From Isurus oxyrinchus (lineage: Eukaryota), in NCBI GenBank assembly GCA_026770705.1, contig JANJGN010000042.1, positions 6,138,001-6,202,000 on the forward strand: a stretch of 64,000 nt of DNA. Reading direction: 5' to 3'. A model generated the notes under the pieces. The model worked only from the letters and a program-made list of their open reading frames with translations. It was not told where the DNA came from and searched no databases. The position numbers and the translations under genes were made by a program. Every line of letters begins with the position of its first letter. Within the stretch, counting starts at the first letter, position 1. Below are positions 51,130 through 62,299 of the stretch, in pieces.

Positions 51130-51735
51130 AGATTGGAAGGAGTGGAGTGTGCCTGTCCAGATAAATTCAGATCAGGGAACTCATTTCACAGGAAGAGTTA
51201 TTAAAGAAATGCATAAAGGTTAATATAAACAGAAATTCTACATTCCTTACCAGCCACAGAGCTCGGGGATGGTGGAAATGGTAAACTGAACTTTAAAGAA
51301 AACATCAATCACAAAAGCAATTCAAGAGACAGGGAACAGCCTAATGTTCTAATGCGCCTTAGGGCTACAACAAGTAGGACAGCTGGGTTCGTCCCATTTG
51401 AAATAATGACAATGAGAGCAATGCAGTTACCCTAGAGAATCATAGTAGTAGTGGGAGATGTAGGACCACAAAAAGGAAAGCTGCAAGACTATTTGAGGGA
51501 AATAAATAAGCAATTGGATGAGTTGAGGAAGAAGTCAGAGACCAACAGGTGATTAAGGACATGGAAACAGGCCAATACGATGAGCAAAAGTGGACCAAGT
51601 GGGGAATAAGGTGATTTTCAAGGTGAGCTTGGAGCGCACAGGCATGGACCATACGAGGTAATTAAGGCAGGTGATACATGCGCACTTGTAGAAATGAGAA
51701 CGAGACATAAATGGAGGCATTACACACAGTTAAAG
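51130..51735 (+). pseudogene. pol: Retroviral integrase core and C-terminus (frameshifted)
   Basis: WSVPVQINSDQGTHFTGRVIKEM..QKFYIPYQPQSSGMVE.VN*TLK (second D and E of DDE), VPFEIMT, HGPYEVIK..KWRHYTQLK. Confidence 0.88.
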
Positions 51736-51739
51736 ATAG

Positions 51740-53627
51740 ATGACAATTAACCAGGCGGTTACACGGAGAATGGGAGCAGATGTTAATGTCTCCACAGGCC
51801 TACGATCCTGGTCATGGACGTATCAGTACTTACAAAAAGGTCGGGGTTCATCCCTGCTCATCCTGCACCTCAGGAGGAACTTAGGTACAGCACGGACAGT
51901 GCCGAATTTGACACGCAACAGGGAATGATAAATGTTACAGTAGGAGAACAAGTGCTTTTGAATTGTAGTAAGGGTTTGCTTCTGATCGGGCGCGGGAGGT
52001 CCTCCCAAAAGTGGACATTAGTACCACTAGCCAGCCACCTCCCACATCTACTTCCACAGTCTGAGTAGAGATCATTGAAACCTCTCAAATCACACCAACT
52101 GACCCACTTTGCTCGACTATGCATCCACGACAGACGAATGCTTTGGTACTGGTTAATCACAAGTTTTGTATGATAATGTACACCACGACCCATAGTATTG
52201 AACATATCCTGGATTCCCCCGCCCCCGTGGTGCTCAACACATATTCGAGCACTATTTACGCCACTAGTGGGCCAGCTGCTGACTGAAGCATCTCAGCTCA
52301 ATGGCGAGATGCGATCAGGCTTGGGAGAGAACTGCGTTAAGCGTAGCTTGATAAATTATGCCTCTATGATATTCAATATAGGGACATCAGTGGTTGAATC
52401 AGAATCTAGCAACTGTTGACCAGAAGCTCCAGACCCTGAGATTTAAGCTGAAGGAGGTTCTAGAGTGGGGACAGGGAATTCGTAACATCCAATTAAACGC
52501 AGACCAGGACATGACAGGATTAATCCACAGTCTGGCTGCCGTGCTCAAAAGTAATGTGGGGACAATCAGCAAACTGATTGAAATAGGGAAACATACTTCA
52601 GACGAAGTGAGCAGAAAGGATGTCTGTAGCACCTATGGATCTTGGGCACTGGAACAAGCCCGAGAGAATTTAAGACAGATTAATGAAAGAGTAGCTCCTT
52701 TATGGGTAACTAATGAACATTTATGTAATCTTTCACGACAAAAGGATCATGACTTGAACCTAGAATGAAAGTTGAATGTATAGTGAATAGTAATAAGCTA
52801 ATAGGCATTTTATTAGTAATACCTGTCATTCCTATGTCAACACCCGGCAGGACATTATATAAAGTAGAACATATTGGGGTTATACGGGAGGATTATTATA
52901 CTAGGTATCATGACATTCTACCATATGCATTAGACATAGAAGGGTATATAGTTAGCACCACATCAGAAGAGTGTAGGAAAGAGGCCACCGCAGTGGTATG
53001 CACACCCAATATATGAGAGAGGTAAAGCTAAGTGGATTTAAAGCAGCAGCAAAGTGTAGAATGGAAAATATATGGGCTGCAAAAGAACCGACCCATGTTG
53101 CATACACGGGGATTGGGAGATATTCTATAACCATGTGGCAGCAGAAGATCCAATACAAGAACAACCAGATATGCGCCATCCATAATCATTCAGTGTGCCT
53201 ACACCGACAGGCGAAAGCAAGGGTAGGGAAGGTGGAACTGGTCGAAATATACAAGAGAGGAACGACTACTATTCAGGTCAAGGAAAGCCTTAAAACTACC
53301 TGACAGCATTTGAACAATTTTTCCTTTGAAATTCCCTTATTACCCCAGCAGCCAGCCACGATTCGTGGACAGGCTCAGCAGATATACAGAACTTCCCATA
53401 CACTGCAGCAGCAGGTTAGAACCTTAAAGGAGGATATCGAGCAAATAGGTTTCTCCACATGGTGCTGGTGGAACTGGGGCGCAAACGTACAGATACGCCC
53501 CTGGATTCGGATTATCTCCCATGCCTTCGTTATACTTCAACTGATATTATTTATGTATCTAACACACTTGATTCTTTGCACCCGGAAGTCACAGAAAATG
53601 CGGCGCTGGAGGAGTTTTAACAGGTAG
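51740..53627 (+). pseudogene. env: Retroviral env remnant (class I fusion protein)
   Basis: Basic cleavage site CVKR|SLINYASMIFNIGTSVV at 52333-52395, heptad-like segments, Cys-rich middle, Trp-rich TWCWWNWG, TM WIRIISHAFVILQLILFMYLTHLILC and basic tail RKSQKMRRWR. Confidence 0.78.
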
Positions 53628-53791
53628 AGAAGGAATTTGGAAAGTCAAAGGTTTAAAGTATGATACAGATGGTCTGACCAGTACTTTCTACGCACCAAAG
53701 CTAGATACCTGGCCTGTTTCAATGGGTGGCGGTTCGTAAAGAGGGCGGACAGCACCACTGTAATTGGCTACCTTGGGCTCGGCCAAGAGCC

Positions 53792-53802
53792 AAAAGGAGG
53801 GA
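53792..53802 (+). other. Polypurine tract of the ERV
   Basis: aaaaggaggga one base before the TGTAAG LTR start at 53804. Confidence 0.75.
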
Positions 53803-53803
53803 C

Positions 53804-54372
53804 TGTAAGGGGGTATTATAGGGGATACATTAAGAACTAATTGAAAGGAAATGGACTACTTAAAATATCCAAGCAGCCACTGCCTTCAAGTATAGTTAAA
53901 GGCCAGGCTGGACAGGGAGGAATCTGAACCTTGCACACCCTCAGAGCCTGTGACCATCAGCAAGGCCAGGCCAAACAGTGAGGAATGCAAACATGATAGA
54001 CTGGGTGTCTTAGGAGTGAGCCCGGAGCCTTAGTTTGAAAAACAAACAAGATTGGGTCTGTTTATAGCAGATAGGGAAAGAGCAGATGGTCCTAGTAGAG
54101 ATGGGAGGGAAGGTCTCCGCTGGGGGTGAAAGTAGGGACAGATGGTGCCTTTACTTTGGTACTTTTGTTACTAGGGAGATGTCTGTTTAGTGTAAATCTC
54201 TATGTTGACGAGATCAGAATCTGGAAGCTGTTCTTATACGTGATCAGTTGTGTATAAATATGGTGAAAACCTGTAGTTTAGCAGAATTCTATCTCAAGCT
54301 GCATTACTCGAATAAACGATCGTGAACTGTACCTAAGACTGCTGTGGTCCCTTTGTCAAAGTGATCACAACA
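53804..54372 (+). repeat. 3' LTR of the ERV (end at 54358 or 54372)
   Basis: Starts with TG after the PPT; TATAAA at 54253-54258; AATAAA at 54311-54316; CA dinucleotides at 54357-54358 and 54371-54372 before family B LINE sequence resumes. Confidence 0.72.
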
Positions 54373-55410
54373 GGGGGTATCCTCAATGTGAAAGAGGGGC
54401 TTCATCTCCTGAACGACTGTGGTGGTCACGCCTACCAACACTGTCATGGACTGATGCATTTGCGGCAGGCAGGTTAGTGAGGATGAGGTCAAGTATATTT
54501 TTCCCTCTTGTAGGTTCCCTCACCACCTGCCGCACTCCCAGTACAGCAGCTATGTAGTTTAAGACACGGCCAGCTTGGTGAATAATGGTACTACCACCAC
54601 ACTTTTGGCCATGGACATTGAAGCCCAACATCCAGACTACATTCTGCGTCCTTGCTACCCTCAGTTCTTCCTCCAAGTTGTGCTCAACATGGAAGAAAGC
54701 ACTGATTCATCCGCAGGACATTTCCTTGCCCTTGACCTGATGCCGTGAGATCTCATAGGGTCTGGAGTCGATATTGAGTACTCCCAGGCAGCTCCCTCCT
54801 GACTGCATACCAATGAGCCACCAATTCTGCTGGGCCAGTCCTGCGGTGGGGCAGAACATATCCAGGGATGGTGATGGTGGTAACTAGGACATTATCTGCG
54901 AGATATGATTCTGTGAGATTGATTATGTCAGGCTGCTGCTTGACTAGCCTTTGAGCCAGCTCTCCCAAATTTGGCACAAGCTCCAAGATATTAGTAAGGA
55001 GGACTTTGCAGGCTCGACACGGCTGAATTTGCCAGTGTTGTTTCCGGTGCCGAGTCAAGGTCGATGCCTTGTGGTCCATTCGGTTTCTTTTCTGTTTGGA
55101 GGCTTTGCAGCAGTTTGATACAACTGCGTGGCCTGCTCTTTCAGTGGACAGTTAAAAGTCAATCATATTGCTGTAGATCTGGAGTCACTTGTCAGACAGC
55201 AAACGTTTTTCTCTTGAGGACATTAATAAACCAGATGGGTTTTTGCTACAGTCGGGTTCATTATGGTTTCATTAGACTTTTAAATCCAGATTTTGCCTTG
55301 AATTCAATTCCTATCCTCTCCCGTGGCAGGATTCGAACTCGGCTCCCCAGAGCATTATGCTAACTCGGAATTAATGGCATAGTAGCTATATTACTACGCC
55401 ATCGCCTCCC
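54367..55410 (-). mobile_element. LINE family B 5' part: tRNA-like head, 5' UTR and APE endonuclease
   Basis: Minus ORFs KVLLTNILELVPNLGELAQRLVKQQPDIINLTESYL..IPGY and WMLGFNVH..VREPTRGKNILDLILTN..VGRRDHH. The head starts GGGAGGCGATGGCGTAGTAA (A-box-like) and contains GAGTTCGAATCC (B-box-like, 55340-55329). Confidence 0.8.
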
Positions 55411-56039
55411 CTTGACCTATGAGCTTTCATACCTCCAGAGATCCAGGAACGGTTCCAACATATTGGAAGGTAGCAAATGCAACAGTGGTTTTCAAAAAAT
55501 GACGGAGTGAGAAAACTATGGAGTAAATAAAGTTCCAGAAAACAAATAAAGCTGCAAAGTCAAGCCTCAAATCTGAAGGCGATGCAATTCCAGCCTTGGC
55601 ACAGCAGGAGGGAATCCACTGAAAGATGTTGTTGATTTATTTCATCCTCAGAATACATTTGCCTGTTCTTTTTCACTCACGTGCTTTTTAACGGTCAGAT
55701 TACCTGAAATACCGCCAAAGAAACTTCCAAAACTTAATAACTGAGCGAGGTTGAAGCACACGTTTCAAATGGAAAGGTTAACACAGCAACAAAATACCAA
55801 TGAAATGCAATTTGGGAGAACGCCTAAGCGTTCTCCAACTGATTTTTAATGTATGGCATTTAAAAAGAAAAATAAACCAAATCAAATTAACCGGAAGTGG
55901 AACAGAAGGGATCATGTGTCCAGTGTCGCCAGAACTGTATTTGTGATCTACCGTTCTTGATGCACTTGTGTCAAGAAGCTTCATTTGATATAACAGCATT
56001 AGGAGTCATCTAATGACCAATTATCGTTATTGTAATAAT

Positions 56040-56800
56040 ATAGGATCATAGGAACGGGAAAAGGCTATTCAGATTGCATAGCCCTTTTTCTCCATTCAAT
56101 ACAGGCCATGACTGGTCTGTATTTCACCTGCATTTACCCGCCTTAGATGTCTATTCTCTGATAACGTAAGCAAATAAATATCTAGACATATTTTTCCAAC
56201 TGATATCCTGAATGGCCTAACTTCATATGTATGCTGGTGCCGCCGTGTTGCGGCTTCACCTAGGCGGACAAATAGTTTCAGCATACCTATTCCATCAAAT
56301 CCTTTATCAGTTAATCGCTTCGATTAGACCCCTGTCCATCTTTCTGAAATGGGGGAAATAAAGCCAAAGCATTTGCAACGTGCCCTCGTAATTTAACTCT
56401 CGAAGCTCTGGTGACTAATTTTTGCCAAACCCCTATGGTATGCCTCCCAGGCCAATGGAGATCCGCTGACCAGAAATCAACGCACTAGTCCATGTGGGTC
56501 TGAGCAAAGCTCTATACAATCAAAGTAATTTCCTCTCGTTCGTATTTCAGCCAAACTGAACTAAAGACAAACGTCCATGTTAGCTGATTGATCGCCTATT
56601 GAGACTTTCCTTATCTTTTATTGATTTGTGTTCATGATCACCTCCATTACTTTCCCGTTCTATGGTTCCTAGTCTGTCAGTTTTAAGAAATGTTCGATTC
56701 AATCCACAATGGATACTATCACGCTTCTTGACATATAACTACAGCTGCGACAGTTTGTCCCACTTTCTCAATCCATCTCAATCGCCTTTTAACCTCGTGT
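56040..56800 (-). mobile_element. Degenerate CR1 3' fragment
   Basis: cataggaacgggaaaaggctattcag..caggccatgactggtctg 3'-end signature, similar to other CR1 copies. Confidence 0.5.
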
Positions 56801-59269
56801 TTCAATATGCACAACTTGCTGAGCCTCCTCCCGAGGCCAAGAAGTGCCCCAATAAATTATGCTGCTGCAACACAATTTGTTTATTATTTGCCTGGCCACA
56901 TGGTGGCGCGCTGGAGCTTCTCATCGACTACGCGGTGTCCTTGCCCTGCCGCGTGCGTGCCTTTGTCTTTCATTCATAAAACGTCATCTTACCCCTAGGT
57001 TTTCCACGTTTTTCTATATTGGGTGACTTCGGTCTTCACATCAGTCCTGCCTCTTCTGTGGTTGTCGTTGCCCAATCTCTTCGGTTGCATTTTTTCTCTT
57101 CATTCTAAATGCATAGCACGAAACTAATTACTCACTTTGCTCATCAAATTTACACAAAATTGAATCTATATCACGTATTGTCATTGTCTGCCGCAAACCC
57201 GGGACTCTCACTATGTTCCCACGTTCCTTTGAGGCGTATAGCTGAACCTGATGACAGACAAAAACAATGGACTACTTCTCTATTACCTGGAGGGCGCCAA
57301 GGATCGTTCGGTGAAGATCAATTTAAGGACTGACATAAAGTAACATCACTCCGCTGACCAAGGGCGCACACCCAAGTCCAAGAAAAATGTAGAAGCAAAA
57401 TAGATGAAAAGCTTCCTCACCTCCGAACTCACGCATCCAATTTTTATTTCTCAACGGACTGTGGAAAAAGCTGCTAAAGCGCAGTCGGTGCAGCAAGGGC
57501 GCGCACGCAGTCTGTGTGAGTTAATGTTGCCTGTGCCTGTATCCGTTTCCTGATTGTTACTATTGTGTGTACAGACAGATTGCCATGGTGAGCTTTCTGG
57601 AGCCTCAGCTCTCTACCACGTTACTCTGTGTCCTTGGAAATAAACGCACAAATCAAAGGCAATGTGACCCTATGCAGGTCATCACTTCCGCTCTCAAGTC
57701 AACCAGATCTTTTCTCTGGCTGCCTGATAATTACCTTCAGCATATTTCTGCTTGAGGATATATTACTACAGGTTAAATATAATTACGTCACCAATTTTTC
57801 TGTAAATACTGGGCATCAAACTTCACCTGGCCATGTGGAGATTGGAATTCAGTCTTGCAAAATGGAACCTCCACGATTTTTTCCGCCCATCTCAAGTTCA
57901 TTTGAACTAATGAACCAGAAATTATTCCGAATTTCTTTCCAAAGGGCAAGTGGCATCGCCGGATTTTCCTTCCTGCTGTAATTAACGATGATGCTGTTGA
58001 GCCGAAAATCTCCCCAATATATTCCCATAGGCATCGCATTGTATTCATGCATTAATTGAGGCCCAAGGCTCAAAGTACTGGAACGTTATCTGCGCACTAA
58101 CACAGAGAAGACAATTCTCCTTGATTCCAATAGCTTGATCTATTGTTCATGATGAGGACAGATGAATTGGAGCTGCGTCCCGATGAGATTCCCCCGCTCA
58201 TGCCTTTGAAAGAGGCTATGGCCAATTTACTCAGATCACCTATTGGTTTAATTTCACGTATTAGAGGGCGGGTTGTCATTCAAGTGCTTTAAGCCTTTCT
58301 TTGCCATGATTGCGAATTTATGATCCATAATAGATTCATTCATCTAAAGCAAAATTGGTGGTTTTGACTTCATATGAATTTCACATAACATCAGTGTCTA
58401 ATTGTTCCTTGCCATAATTGCGAGAACCGATTTCCAATTTTGCATGTACCATGTCAGAACCTGCATTCATCATCTTCAGTGTGAACATTTACTTGCCCTG
58501 AAGTAATTTATTGAGCTTAGCATTCTTCAGTAATAATTAATGTTAAGTTGTTTAATGGCTAAATTAGAGGTTACTTTTCTTTCCTTTGGCCATTCAGCTG
58601 AACGTTCGTGTTATTTGGAACTCCTTAAATGTCTATGCATTGAAAGCCTTTTTTAACGATCAACACTATGTTCCAAACTGCAAGAGAATTGAAGAATGAG
58701 TTCTAAAACCTCATCAGACAGTCTGTTTACATCCACAATGAGGGACAGGGTGAGGAGCGAGACAGAATATTCAGTTATTGGTTGAGACAGGACTACTAGA
58801 CGAGGCAAAGTCTGTGGAGTTGGCTTCGGATTGAACCAGGGCCACAAGAAAAGGGCTGGGACGTCGCAATAGTGTAAGAATGATACCAAACTGCGGGATA
58901 AAGTTGTATTGGATGAATTAGTTTATCACTGATTTGAAGTAATGGATGGGGATGTAAAATATGTCCAACTTTGAATTGTTACAGGACAATGAAGAGAAGA
59001 TAAGCCAATGCAATTTGTACAAGATTGATAGAGGGCTGTTGGGAAAGAGTGAGATTGTGTAGTTTAAGTTTTGATGCACAGGGACAGAGAAACAGGAAGA
59101 AAACATCAAGCTCAACAAACTTGTTGAAATATTAACTGTGATGATAGTAGACCATGATCTTAATTTCATCGACCCTTTAACTGAACTAACATTAAAGCAA
59201 TATTTTGTGGGAAACAGGTGTTCTACCACCCACTACCACCATTAGCCTGGCAGGAGTAGTCGGGAAATT

Positions 59270-60520
59270 ACGAGAATGTATTTAAAAAGCATGTGATATC
59301 AGAACAATTAGAAAATAATGGTAGCATTTGGAAAGGTCAACATGGATTTATGGAATGGAAAGCATGTTTGACAAACCTATTGGAATGCCTGGAGGCTGTA
59401 ACTAGTGGAATAGATGTTGGGGAACCAATTAATGCAATGTATTCGGATTTTCAGATGCCTTTCGAGAAAGTCCCACACAAGAGGTTATTAAGGTCAATGA
59501 GAACGCGTAGCATTGTGGGTAATAAGCTAGCATGGATTTAGAATTGATTAACAGATGGAAATCAGACAGCAGGAGTAAACGGGTCTAAAGTTGGCAGGCT
59601 ATGACCAATGAAGTATTGCATGCGTGAGGGTTTCAGGCTCAGCTATTCACAATCTATGTCCATGATTTGGAGGTGAGGAGCAAACATAACATTTTCAAAT
59701 TTGTTTTAGTCACAAAACTGCGAGTTGTGAGGAAGCTGCAAAGAGGATTCAAGGGGCTTTAGGCAGGCAGAGAGAATGGGCAAGAGCATGGCAGATGGAA
59801 TATAATGTGCATACAAATGTAAAGTTCACCGCTTTCGATAGGAGGAAAACATGAATGCGAAGTACATGCATAATGGTGAGACATTGTGAGCTGTTGATGT
59901 CCAAAGTGATTGGGTTGTCCTTGTTCATAAATCACTTAAAACTAACATAAAGATGTGTCAAACAGTTAGCTGGGCAAATTCCATGTTGGCCTTCATTGCA
60001 AGCGGATTTGAGTACTTGAGTAAAGATGTCTTGCTTGTAATTATATAGAGCCTTGTTGATATCGCACCTGGAGCATTGTGAAAGTTTTGGACTTCTGACG
60101 TGAGTAAGGGTATACTCCCATAACATGAGAGCAACGAAGCTTTACCCGACCAATTCCTGTACTGTTCGGACTGTCCAATGCGGGAAGCTTGAGGAAATTG
60201 GCCCTGTGTTCTCAGGAGTTAAGAAGAATGCGGGGTCTAGAGCCAGGGGACACAGTTGCAGAATAAGGGGAGGCCATTTAAGACTTTATTCAGAGGGCGG
60301 TAAATGTTTGGACTTCTCTGCCACAGAGGGACGTGGATGCTGATTCATTGAGCCTGTTCAAGAAAGTGATCGATAGAGTTCTATATAATGGAGACAATGT
60401 GGTATATTAAGATAGAGTGTAGAATTGGCCGTTAGGTGGAAGATCAGCCATCATCTAATTGAAAGGCGGTACAGGCTTGAGGGGCCGAATAGCCTACTCC
60501 TGCTCCTTTTTTCCAATGTA
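59270..60520 (+). mobile_element. CR1 LINE RT and 3' fragment
   Basis: GQHGFMEWKACLTNLLECLE..YSDFQMPFEKVPHKRLL; 3' end ggcttgaggggccgaatagcctactcctgctcc. Confidence 0.85.
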
Positions 60521-61411
60521 CCTAAATTCTGACTCAAGTAAAAAAAAATCCCATTTCGACTGAGCAGCCTACCTCTGAGTTTAAGATGAAAGCAACGTGC
60601 CTGAAGAGCCCAACTGAGTTAAAACAATTTTCCTCTATAGTTTTCCATTCTTTTTGAAAAGCAAAACATCAATCAAATCGCCCCTTGACATTTATATTCC
60701 TGGAAAGACGAACCTGATTTGTATAATCTCTGCAAATATTCTAAACTTCGAAACGTTGGTAAACATTCTGCTGAATCTGAGAGATAAAGATTCCGATGTC
60801 AGTCACTTGTTTGTACATTACTCTGCCAAGACCTATTGACATTATCCCAGGTGCATTTTAAGTAGTGCTGAGTATCTATGTAGTAAGACATCCTCCCTTC
60901 TATGTTATAACCCCGAGCTGTAACGGAAACATTATGTTGTCATTTATAATTATCTTTTGTGCAGAAGTCCTGCATTGAAGTGAATTGCATGTGAAGACTA
61001 TTAAATTTCTTTGTGACTGCAACTTTCCTATATTTCCACCTGTCCAATCATGCACAAACATATCTGTTTAAGATCGGATCGAGAATTAAGGAATTATCAT
61101 ATTCATCAATGGAAATGCATATGCCACAGTTTCACTAGCTCCCTTAACCGATCACTGTCTCTTTGTAACTGTACGCTCCTCTGCAAAACAAAACTGTTTT
61201 CCATGGGAACATTTATGTAAGTGATTCTCACTTATTTTTGTCAGAATTCCAAATCTCACTAAAGTTCATTAGTCACTTCCTTCCAATGAGATAAGACACT
61301 ATTATCCATAATGTCACTCTTCCACTGCCAACCAATCACCTAACCAGATAAATAAAACTCTTTCCAATCTTATAGAAATTATTTATTTGTTTTCTAAGCA
61401 AGATATCATAA

Positions 61412-62263
61412 TGTTAAAGGAATTTAATGTAAAAATACAAGCGTGTGCCTATATTTGTCGGTGTGGGTGTCTGTGTGTGACTTAATTGAGTTAAATGCAG
61501 CTGGCCTGAAGGCTTTGCTCTGTCAGGAGAGAAGTTAGGGTTGCAATATTAAGTAGCTAGAAATAAGACATAAAGGGAACATTTACATGTTTAAATAAAC
61601 CCGGCTAGGTTATTTTCGAAGGAATTGGGTGAAATGTGTCACCTAACCAGATGAAGTTCAGAAAAGGTCTGTTTATTTTTCCCACAGATTACTGCTAAAA
61701 TAAGCACTATGATAAATTTTGTTATGATTAGGGAAGTAAAGTCCAAAGGCATAGTGAAACAATGGGCGTTTCCATTCAAAACGAAAACCATGCATAAAGG
61801 AGCAAAGATTGTGTGTAAGGGTAGGCAATTTAAGATCTAATGAATGTGAAAAACCATCAACATCTACACCTGAAGATGCTATCTACAAGGAACTTGTAAG
61901 GAAACTCTCTTTGAATTGGATTCTTCAGGGTATCATGATTCATTGTCTGGGTCTTTTAAAACCCACGGGCCTTACTGTTGCCTTAATGAAAGTGCAACTG
62001 GGCGTTAGGTTAATTAGGGGGTATAGAATTTATCATAATAGTCATGTGTGGAACTATGTACACATTTAAAACTATTTCGCATTTTAATAAAGGTTTAACT
62101 TGGTGTGGTAAGAAACATATAAGCCATTATAGATTTATTACTACTGAATTCAAAGCACACAACTCAAAATGTATATAAATTGCAGAACAAGTTGTGACAA
62201 TTGTTTCAAGAATCCCTTTGGGGTGTGGGCAGCACAGCATACACCATCAGCTGTGCCATATCA
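61412..62263 (+). repeat. Probable 5' LTR of a Gypsy element
   Basis: TGTTA start and ..gccatatCA end, internal AATAAA near 62086, directly upstream of gag-like sequence. The second LTR is outside the window. Confidence 0.5.
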
Positions 62264-62299
62264 CTTTGCGGGATATATTTAACATTCCATGATTGGCTT

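Larger units (their letters stand above)
45580..54372 (+). mobile_element. Decayed endogenous retrovirus (gag remnant, integrase, env, PPT, 3' LTR); 5' LTR and most of pro-RT not seen
   Basis: Order is gag-like ORFs (45566-46720), integrase core (51130-51735), env (51740-53627), polypurine tract and a TG..CA LTR. Confidence 0.85.

Noticed and set aside
55320-55410. Functional tRNA gene
   Set aside because: A- and B-box-like motifs are present, but I see no convincing cloverleaf or terminator, and the sequence continues into retroelement body.
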